20,000 nt of DNA from Vicugna vicugna (lineage: Eukaryota). Location: contig MU058423.1 of NCBI GenBank assembly GCA_013265495.1, positions 7,422,007-7,442,006 of the forward strand, written 5' to 3'. The position numbers and the translations under genes are program-made. Positions 10,898 through 20,000 of this stretch are shown piece by piece (the first letter of the stretch is position 1; each line of letters begins with the position of its first letter). Under the pieces are notes generated by a model, which saw only the letters and a list, made by a program, of their open reading frames with translations, made no database searches and had not been told where the DNA came from.

Positions 10898-11519
10898 CCA
10901 GTCTTCCAGATCCATCTCTAGCACTTTCTCTCTTCTTACAGCATTTCATGATTCTTCATTAGTTGTCCCCTGAATTATTTCCTAGGTTTATACTTACAAC
11001 AAGGGAGAACCAGGTCTATGCTGTCTTTTTGAGTGCAATTCAGACTCAATTTCTAGGGTTCGTCCAGGTTAAGCAGATCACAAAAGCACATCTCTTACAG
11101 CATGGAATTTGATGGATGGCTATTTCCATTGCTTCTTAATGGTGCAAACAATGTATTTCAAGAGTCAGATACACACGAGGAAGTAAAAAAAGGAATGGAA
11201 ACAGGTATTTGTTCAAACAGAATGGTATGCGGTGGAAATGTACATCAGAAAGGTGATTTACCTCACAGTGGTCCTTGTGATAGAATCTTGGAACACCCCC
11301 TTCCCCCACCCAACCTCACTCCATGAAAGAAGCATTCTATCTAGATGGACTTCTTGGATTTAGTACAGTTTTCTCAAATCTTGAAAGAACAATATACAAA
11401 TCAGAGTTAGGACACATATATTTTAAAGTACAAACTATTTGTTGCATGAGGGGCGTTTGCATAATCCTCAGTGAGGTGGAAAAGTAAAACAGAAGTTGTA
11501 TTTTTTTGGCTTTTATATC

Positions 11520-12600
11520 GATTTGGTTAGTTTTCTAGAAAACTGGCAGAGAGTTATTCTCTTTGCCCAAACAAAGCTAATTGTGTACCCTCAGAATGTT
11601 AGTATCTTCAAACATTGACATTTTCTGCCCCTTTTCCCTGGGAACACTAGTTTGAACTCTAAGAAACTCCAGCCCAAATTACCATTAACTGCTGGTCATA
11701 ACAAAGGCTTTGCTGTTTGATAAGTGACCACACACGCACTGTTCTCAGGCATTCTTAATTTATTCACTTTTACCTAAACATAGAACTTTTGCTCCCACTG
11801 TTTGTTTGGATGTCAGAAGCAACAGAATGTTTTGTAACTTCAAATAAATTAGTAAAACAAAATAAAAAATCAAAGCAGATAATCCATGATCTTAAACCAA
11901 TGGAAAGCTGTGACTTAAAATCAATACCGCAAAATTCTCTAAGTAGAAGTAATGGCTGTAGGAATATCAAAGTAGTCCTGAGCTGTTGAAGGCCAGGTGC
12001 AGATGTAAATTAAGAAAAATCAGAACATTGTTCTTTTCCTGCCAGGGCTTCCGTGTGAAGTAGGTTGAGTTTAAATGAACTAAATAACTAGATGATGAAC
12101 TGCCTTCTTCTTTGGAATCTTTCCAAGCACACTCGCAAGTACTTCTTATTCAGACATAGTACGTTGTGTGGCAAGACATCTATTCAAAGCTGGCGTCAGA
12201 GAAAATGTGTGGGTAAGTATGCTAATTCATTAGCCATCCGCCCTATTCTTGATGTGAAGGTGGGCATTTGCTTCAGTGAGCAAGGTTTCTGTAACACATA
12301 ATTTCCCGAATTAAAGTGAACAGCAGGAGAAAAAATCAGGAACATTCTTATGTTTCCACTTGGTAGTTTTAAGTTGGGAAGTTTTTCTTTCATTTCAAGA
12401 GTCATAACAGCTGACATGGAACAATGAATGAGGCATCATTATAAGTGGCCACTGTTATTAAATAGAAATATGCTGAAAAGCTCGTTTGAGTGGTGTAATA
12501 CGTCCAGGGTTTTGCTGGGATAGTTAATGTGGTCCTGCGTTCGCTGTGAATAGCCCATCAATTCTTTATCATGAGATGGTGCATGGTTCATGTAAGCCAC
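11520..12600. promoter_or_regulatory. Candidate enhancer / conserved non-coding-like segment
   Basis: No recognisable repeat. Contains SOX-like ACAAAG/AACAAT, TAAT cores, a palindromic TAATtcATTA and CAGCTGACA. Function is inferred only. Confidence 0.3.
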
Positions 12601-12645
12601 AGTTTCACATTGAAAAGGAGGAAAGGAAACATTGTCACCCATAGC

Positions 12646-12676
12646 TGTGTGTGTGTGCATGTGCGCATGTGTGTAC
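12646..12676. repeat. Degenerate (TG)n/(CA)n alternating purine-pyrimidine tract
   Basis: tgtgtgtgtgtgcatgtgcgcatgtgtgtac. Confidence 0.85.
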
Positions 12677-12735
12677 TATACTGTTCTTTTAAAATAGACA
12701 CAAAGTATGTTACATATAATTATATTATTCATATC

Positions 12736-13140
12736 TGTGGAAGACAGACCCTAAAGTGATCCACAATGATTTCCGACTTTGTGTAACTGCTTCTCTTTGT
12801 ATGTGGGCTGGACCTTTGATTTGCTCCCAACCTTAGAATTTGGCAAAGATGACAGAATGACACCTCTATGATTATATTATCCACCTTCCTAGCCAACTCA
12901 CATTTTCTTTTTTCATTCTCTGCTGACTTGAAAGAAGCGTGCTATCATGAAGTAAGTGGCTGCCATGCTTAGATTCCCAGGTGGCAAGAAACTGCAAGCA
13001 GGCGCCAGGCCCTGAGGGTGACCTTCACAACAAAACAACCTCAGTCCTGCAACCCCAAGGAAATGAATTCTGTCAACAACCGAGGGAGCTTGGAAACACC
13101 GTTCCTCAGTTGAGCCTCTACAGTCCCAGATGACAACTGG
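12736..13140 (+). mobile_element. MLT1E/MLT1F-like ERVL-MaLR LTR (3' truncated)
   Basis: Begins tgtggaagacagaccctaaagtg. Contains tgtgggctggacc, agaatttggcaaagatga, ggtggcaagaaactg and ctcagtcctgcaaccccaaggaaatgaattctgtcaacaacc, all typical MLT1 blocks in order. Confidence 0.85.
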
Positions 13141-13159
13141 GTTGCTACAAGTCTCCATC

Positions 13160-14070
13160 ATTTGCTTATTTTATGTTTCTCTATTACCTGAACTTGTTAA
13201 CTGTGATTATTTAAAAGTTATAGGATAAATCTCATATTTTGATTGCTTATAGTCTTTTTTACTGACTGTTCTCTTAGGTTTTATGTCATATGATCTTGTA
13301 TCTTGGAATGTGCACTAACTTTCTTTAAAATGTAAAATATTGTTTATAAAACAAAATATTGCAGAGAATTCAGATAACATTATCCCCTTTCAGATAAAGT
13401 TGGACATTTTTTTCTAGTAGGCAGAGAGAGACGGGGCTTGATTACTTTAATCCAAATTGGAACTGAGTCAATCCTCAGTTAGAATATTAGTAAACTCATG
13501 CTACCTTTTGTTAAGTTCTGCTCCTGGGATGTGGTTGTCCCAGGAATCCTCCTGTGAGGACTTCAACATCAATCATCACTTCTTCAGCCTTCTGGGAACT
13601 CAGTGACATGCTTTCTGCTACATTTCAGGCGCCTGCTCCGTTTAGCTTCAAATTAGAAACCACACTGATGGTAAGAACAGGCATAGATTTGAAGTCTCTC
13701 AAACATACAATGTTGTATGTCCAGCTCCTCCTCCTCCTAGAGAACATTAAAAGCTCTGCTGGTTTCTCTGTCAGCCGGAAATGACCTTAGTTCGGATAAT
13801 TTCTGGATTGGGGAATCCTGGTTTCTCAGCGTCCTGCTCTGTGCCAGGAATGGAAAAAAATGCCAGGGAAAAGGTGCTACAAGGAGGCAGCTTATTTCTT
13901 CATTTTCTTTCCTCTCCAGGATCTTAGTCCATCTATTCTTTACGTTTTAGAATCTCTCCGATGTCTTTAAACAGATAAAAAGTGTTTTCCTGTCTTTTTC
14001 TAGTTATTTTCAGTGGATGCATTGGTTTGCTGCAAGCTACTCCAATCTGCCTAGAAGCGAAAGCCCTTCC
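13160..14070 (-). mobile_element. Ancient L1 5' end (L1ME-type 5' UTR / ORF1 start)
   Basis: ctctccaggatcttagtcc...tctctccgatgtctttaaacagat...tttttctagttattttcagtggatgcattggtttgctgcaagctactcc...agaagcgaaagccc matches my recall of the antisense L1ME 5' end. Confidence 0.7.
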
Positions 14071-14339
14071 ACATTTATTTTCATTTCTTAACATATACAG
14101 ATGGAGAAAGAGAGCGAGAGATTGATTTCTCCCTGCAAACATGAACCAAGATAATTTTCTTTAATGTTTTTGCGCCGGTACTTAAAATGATTTTTACTTG
14201 CAAATTCTTTAAATAAATTTATGACCTGCTTGTAAATCATTTTCCAGACACAGGTATATTTTCAACTTTGTTTAGTTCCATTTATATTCCTGAGAAAAAT
14301 TTACACAGCATTTCATCCTATAGATGTTTCATACTTTCT

Positions 14340-14915
14340 TACTAGCTTTCTTAAGATATACTTTGTTGTTGGCTCTCATTTTTCTTCTTGTTTTTTCTTG
14401 TGATTTGTATATTTTATATTCTTTTTTATTCTACTAGTTTGTGTGTGTGTGTGTGTGTGTGTGTTTGAAAGTAAATGTTTCTTCCAGTATGTAGAATTAA
14501 ATAATAATATAAAATAGTTTATATTACTTCTTTGTCCCTAATTCTATACACATTTGTTTGGAAAACCCTGTGATTTTAGATGCAGATGATCATAGTCAAT
14601 TTGTTTTTTCTAAATAATGTATTTGCATTAAATAAATTATATCCTAACATTTGCATTAATTTTTATCACACTACAAAAATAATTCAAATATTAACTCTTA
14701 AATTTTACTGGTTTTAAAGTTCACATCATTTCTTTTGTACTTCAGATTCCTCATTCCTGAGTTCTTTATGTGACTTATTTCTCAAAATGCTGGAATACTT
14801 ATTTGACATATTTGTTTATCAGAAACGTAATGCTTTCTAGCCTTTTGTGTCAATTCTTTTCACAAGTGTATATTAGCCTGGTTGCATATATAATATTTAT
14901 CACAGTATTTTTCTA
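14340..14915 (-). mobile_element. Ancient LINE fragment (L1ME/HAL1-like)
   Basis: Strong T-skew; ttttactggttttaaagttcacatcatttcttttgtacttcagattcctcattcctgagttc resembles antisense L1ME/HAL1 sequence. Confidence 0.5.
14441..14464. repeat. (GT)12 microsatellite
   Basis: Perfect GT dinucleotide run read directly. Confidence 0.97.
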
Positions 14916-15289
14916 GAGGCCAGAACACTGCTTTTGATATATGGTTCTCAAGTGCTGCCTAACCACCACCCACCATCCCGATTCCTGGCACACTTGAAGG
15001 AGATATTTATCCTGAATTAATAGCAGTGATACACAAAAGCAATGTTTCTCTCCTGCTAAATTTCTACATAAAGGGGAATGCATTAGACATCACGGGAAAG
15101 CTGAGATTAGTAAAATTTCCCAGAAGCTTCATTTATGTTCCCCTTTGATGTCTGAAGAAGGGAGAAGTAACTGTCATGGGTTATTTATTCTCATATTTTT
15201 GTTTCCAACATGCCAGGGGAAGGGGGTTACACATTACGTTTGGTTTGTGAAGGAGGGAGTTGCATATTAGTTTCTGTTTGATCATTACA

Positions 15290-16070
15290 GGAGCTTCTCT
15301 TTCATTCTGAAAATTAAAAACTGTAATATATCTGTACTTTGTAAAATCTTGGTTGCTAATGTGTGATACTTTTGGAACTTCCTTTAGGTAAGGAAAATTT
15401 TATAGTATAGTTTCAAAAAATAATTGCTTCTTTTATGCTTTTACATTTTCTTATTATTTGATTATTTTTAAAATATAGCTGATTTTTTCTGTCTCTCTTC
15501 ACATATTTTATCCCTTCTCATATCTTTTTAATCTCCATGCTTTTCACTAAACATTTCTTTAACACATTTTATAAATTATGCTTTCTTCTGTATGATATTT
15601 GCCTGATTCATTTCACGTTACTTATCAGAATAGATCTCTTAAAGATTACATGATCTTTCTTTAAAAAGAGCCATGGGCCAAGTTTGGACTCTAGTGCCAC
15701 ATTCTGTCCCCTCTGGTGATGCTGTGTAAGTGCAGTGCAGAGGGAAAGGGATGGTGTCAGCAGGGAGCTGCAGAGTGTGTGAGCCATGTGCAGGTGCTGA
15801 TGGTTATCTGTTTTACCATCCATCAAATGTCTTCTTTTCACCACTGGTCACATCCACTGTTTCTCCGAGCTTGTGATTTTGGTAGTGGCAGTGTGGGAGG
15901 GTGGTTCTGCCTGCGGGAATCTCATCTTCTCAATTCCCAGGCAAATTTTCCTTTAGCAAGTAATTTTGGTCAGTACTTCACACCAAGTTCCATTTGACAT
16001 GCACAAGAATGTCCTAAAGTTTCTGGCATATTTTGTCACCCCTAGAGTTTTCACTCTAGATTCAGCTTGA
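15290..16070 (-). mobile_element. Possible continuation of the ancient L1ME/HAL1-like LINE (ORF1 / 5' region)
   Basis: T-rich antisense-LINE-like composition over ~15290-15660, then GC-richer 5' UTR-like sequence. Similarity is weak. Confidence 0.35.
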
Positions 16071-16389
16071 AGTGATTGGAGTTAAATATGTAAGTTTAAA
16101 CAGAAATCATAAAATCTAATCATATACCTTGAAAATAACTACATATTAACAAATGCTCCTATATGTGTTAGAATTTTTGACTGTTTCTTTGTATTTTGCT
16201 TAGATTTGATGTTGAAAATACATTATCAGCATCTCCTAGTAATATAAAGAGGAATGGCCATGTCCTTTCCACTTACATTTATGAAAAGGTAGAAAATAAA
16301 GGCAAGGCTTTCAAAGAAGTAAAGAAAAAATATAGTGGTCTTTCTGACAAGGATGATTGCTGTAAAGATTAGTCAGTCTAGAAGTTTAA

Positions 16390-16490
16390 TTGATTAATTA
16401 ATTCCACCAATATTTACTGCATACACTGTATATGGAGCTCAGTATAAAGGGCTAAAAATACAGAGATAAACATGATCAACTCTGGCACAG
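16390..16490 (-). mobile_element. L2 LINE 3' end fragment
   Basis: aattccaccaatatttactgcatacactgtatatg...ggctaaaaatacagagataaacatga resembles the antisense L2 terminus (ttcaacaaatatttattgagcacctactatgtgcc...ggggatacagcagtgaacaaga). Confidence 0.6.
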
Positions 16491-17268
16491 TTATTCAACA
16501 TGTATAATACTGTTCATTGCCATTTAACTGATTCTTTCATGTATTTTAAGACTTTAAGATTTTGGCATCATAAAATTATAATTACACTAAAACAGTCTGT
16601 TGAATGTTTTTCATTATCTTAACAGCTTCATTTTTTTCAGAAATAAGATGATTTATTTTTAATACTAACCAGTTAACACTCCAGTGGCCTTCTATGTGAC
16701 TTTTACTATGAACATTACTTGCTACACTAAAGGCAATGAGACTTTTTCAGATGAAATCGGTATTTTTACCTTCTCTTTTCCCAGCAGAACAGGATGATCT
16801 TTCCCCCCAAGAATATCTGTCTTTATTGGAGTTTCAGGTGTCAAACAATTAGAGCAAACTAATTTTTTATAAAATGCCTTCAATGTTTATCAGATCCTGA
16901 GAGATACTCAGGAAGAAAAATTCGCCTACTTCAACGTAGAATTAAGAGAGATTGAGATGTTCACCTGCAGAATCAGAGCAATCTCTCTAATGTAATGAAT
17001 GCCTGTTTAATGTGGAACTTTACATAATGCCATTAAAAAGAGGCAATATGATTGATTAGATCAGACAACTCCACATTTCACCAGTGTACCATTTTATGGC
17101 GTAGTGGGCATATGAATGAATGTTGAATGAAAGCAATTAATGTCATCGGTAAATATATTCTAGCTGGAAAGCTACATTTATAAAGCACTATATGGAAAGT
17201 TATTTATGTGATAAGATTCGAAGTAAAAGGCTTTTTTAATGGAAAACAAAATGGAACATTGAAAATTG

Positions 17269-17545
17269 TTGGGAATTTGAAGAGATTTACAGATACTAAC
17301 TAATATATATATAAAATAGATAAATAGCATGTTCATACTGTATAGCACAAGGAACTATATTCAATATCTTACAGTAAGATATGGTGAAAAGAACATGAAA
17401 ATGAATATATGTATGTTCATGTATGACTGAAGCATTATGCTGTACACTAGAAATTGATACAACATTGTAAACTGACTATATTTCAATAAATATATGTGTG
17501 TATATATATATATTTATATAAATTAACAACAACAACAATAGCAAA
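17269..17545 (+). mobile_element. 5'-truncated young L1 3' UTR (cetartiodactyl, probably camelid) with decayed tail
   Basis: atataaaatagataaa...ctgtatagcacaaggaactatattcaatatctt...tgctgtacactagaaattgatacaacattgtaaactgactatatttcAATAAA (17485-17490), followed by a (TA)n/(AAC)n tail. Confidence 0.9.
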
Positions 17546-18169
17546 GAAGTGAACACACCAAACGTCTGGCAAATAATTTGGAAAAAATTGCAGATTTATG
17601 AAAGTTATTTGAAAGACATCTCTCACATTTGTATCATGAAAAATCGCATGTAGATCCTGAAATATTTCACTACATTTACTTCAGTTTTAACTTCCACGGG
17701 CATTAGAGAGGATTCTGAGCCAAGAGCCAAACAGTCAATGACAAATGGATCAACAAAACATTCACTGGAGAAATTCAGTCGAAAGCCCTATCTCCCACCC
17801 TATTAAAACCTGCAAAATAAGATATTCCAGTAAGTGCATTCAACAGTCCCTCTCAAAAATATTTCTGCATACTGCTTTCAGTCCTTACAAAAAGCTATGA
17901 AAAACAGCAATTTTAAATGAGGATACCACCACTACGATGCTTCCCTTCATAGCAATGTTGGTCTTTACTGTGTCTAATAATGTCATGGGATCAGCATTGT
18001 GATGATCCCAAAATAAATCACAAGATTAAACTTTTGCTTAGGACTTCTAGATTATTCCATCATGTTACATATAGTATCTTCTCTAACCAATCACCCAAAT
18101 GACCGCAAATCTTTAAAGGATAAAATTATTATAAAATAAACAGAAGAAAATTGTCTCAAACTCCTTTCC

Positions 18170-18700
18170 TTATTTCCTTCATTTATGGAAAAAAATACAT
18201 TTATGGAATGTATACTCCATTCTAGGCTCTGTTACTAGTACTATGAATTCATTAATAATAATTAAAAAAATTAAAAAGTCACTGTCCTCATGGAACTCAC
18301 AGGAGGAGCCAGAAAATAAACAAGAAAACAAGTAACATATGTAGTATTACAAATGCTGGTAAGTGGTGAGAAGAAAAGGAATAAATCAGGGAAGAAATGT
18401 GTATAAGGTTGAAAGGTTAACTGGGCAAGAAAAGTTTGTTTAAAAAGTAAAATTTGAATGAATACTGAATATAAAGTCATTCCCACAAGCTGAGCATGTT
18501 CAATGAACATGAGAATGTGGGTCTGGCTACAGAGGGTGAGACAGAGCAGAGGAAATGAGATGAGAGAAATAAGAGAATCAGGGAGAAATTACAGGAATCT
18601 TACAGAGTATTGTAAGTACTTTGGCTTTTACTCTGAGCAAAAGAGGAAACTATTACTAGCAGATTTTGAGCAACGAGTGACATGATTTGACATATATTCA
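18170..18700 (-). mobile_element. L2 LINE 3' region
   Basis: ttccttcatttat...aatacatttatggaatg...ctaggctctgttactag...ctgtcctcatggaactcaca...ttggcttttactctgag...gattttgagca match antisense L2 blocks in order. Confidence 0.85.
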
Positions 18701-19074
18701 ATACTCTCCCTGTTGAGGATTCTTTTTACTTTGGGTTTATGAGACCATCCATTTATACAGTTAAATTTCCAGATACGCATTCTTGATGCCAATTATGTAT
18801 CTCAAATTTATATAACCCGCCCAGTTTCTAGAATTTACATGTCTTAGCTGTATGACCAACAGTATTATAGAATTTCTACAAAGAACAAAAGATAAAGTTT
18901 AAAGAACGTATTCTACAAAAATAAGTTAATCAGATTTTTAAATGCTGCAGAGCAAAAGTTAACTAGAAAGTTAGAAAAGCCATCAATTCTAGACATGTTT
19001 AAATGCAACAGAAAAAACTCGAGAAATCAAGCTAACATTTATAAATATATCCTTAATATTTTAAGCAAGCTGCC

Positions 19075-20000
19075 AATAACTTCTATTAACTTTCGTTTCA
19101 TTTTTACTTTTATAGTTAGTGCTTTCTGTGCACTGAGAAATCTTTGCCTGCCCTAAGATGATAAATATCCATCCTATGCCTCTTTCCTATAACTTTTATA
19201 GTTTTAGTTTTCTTTTAAGTCTATGTCATATTTCAAGGTATGTGTGTGTGTGTGTGATTGTGTGTGTTCTGAGGTAAGGATCCAATTTATTTGTTTTTTC
19301 CATGAATATATACAGTTGTTTCAGCTCCATTTGTTGAAAATCTATTCATTTCCCATTAAATCACTTTGGTACTTTTGTTGAGAAACAATTAGCCACATAC
19401 ATGTTCATTCATTTATGAACTTGCTATTCTGTTCCACTGAACTATTTATCTACTCTTATGACAATAGTACAATGCCTTGATTATTGAAGGTATATAGTAT
19501 TTCTTAAAAATCAGTTAGTTGAATCTCTAACTTTTTCCTTATTTTTTCTTTATAGTTTATTTAGTATTTTTGCAATTCTGTATAAATTTTAGAATAAACT
19601 TGCCACGTAAGTTTTTGGAAAGTACAGTAGTTTATGATTCATTTGGGTAGGATTGGAGGATCTGTATTTGGCATAAGTAAGGGATGTTTTGTGGGGTTGT
19701 GTGATAGTAATCAAGGAGGTGAGGGGAACAGGTGACTCTGAAGAGGAATGAAGGACATGTTATTCATACATCTGTGAGAACATGTAATATATTCTTGTGT
19801 TTTAGATATGTTTATAGTTTTTGTTGTTTGTTTTTCTTGGATTTACTTCTAGGTATTTGATGTTGTTTGATAATTTGCTATAAACCTGATATAAACTGAT
19901 ATGAACAAATTGGTTTTAATCAACCTTCTAGCCAGCCAGCTAATTTCACTTACAAATTCTAGTAAGTTAACTATAGAAACATTTCAATATACAAAACAAA
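19075..20000 (-). mobile_element. Old L1 (L1MC/L1ME-type) ORF2 fragment running off the window end
   Basis: gaaatctttgcctgccctaagat, cagttgtttcagctccatttgttgaaaa, ctattctgttccactga and ttctgtataaattttagaat are typical antisense L1 ORF2 blocks. Confidence 0.85.
19241..19266. repeat. (TG)n microsatellite, interrupted, inside L1
   Basis: (TG)8 at 19241-19256, then attgtgtgtg. Confidence 0.9.

Noticed and set aside
11529..11544. 16-bp perfect palindrome AGTTTTCTAGAAAACT (partial heat-shock-element-like TTCnnGAA)
   Set aside because: AT-rich; by my rough estimate up to about one such palindrome is expected per 20 kb at this composition, and it has only two nGAAn units.
808..18685. The short ORFs (60-105 aa) in the ORF track as protein-coding genes
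   Set aside because: Lengths fit chance, many start at non-ATG codons, several lie inside LTR, MIR, L1 or L2 remnants, and none resembles a cellular protein I recognise.
1..20000. CRISPR array, tRNA/rRNA, long tandem repeat or prokaryotic defence system
   Set aside because: No regularly spaced repeats, structured RNA genes or operon-like coding density seen; the sequence is clearly mammalian repeat-laden DNA.

Overview
AT-rich eutherian (mammalian) non-coding genomic DNA, intronic or intergenic. I find no protein-coding gene, RNA gene, CpG island or prokaryotic-type system. Much of the window is decayed interspersed repeats: MIRs, L2s, ERVL/MaLR LTRs (LTR33-like, MER54/73/74-like, MLT1), old L1M/L1ME/HAL1-like LINE fragments and two younger L1 pieces. 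The younger L1 3' UTR looks cetartiodactyl, probably camelid. All listed ORFs look like chance or repeat-derived; 10591..10854(-) overlaps a fossil L1 endonuclease fragment and the two minus-strand ORFs at 10040..10471 are antisense to L1 ORF2. Most notable are two repeat-poor, motif-dense stretches that resemble developmental enhancers (~8.6-9.4 kb and ~11.5-12.6 kb), a candidate non-coding minus-strand exon, a doubly truncated L1 joining a cut MIR to an unrelated L1 fragment, and a ~50 bp fold-back palindrome centred on (AC)n(GT)n. Repeat names come from remembered consensus sequences, not a database search, and boundaries are approximate. I see no convincing new biological system.
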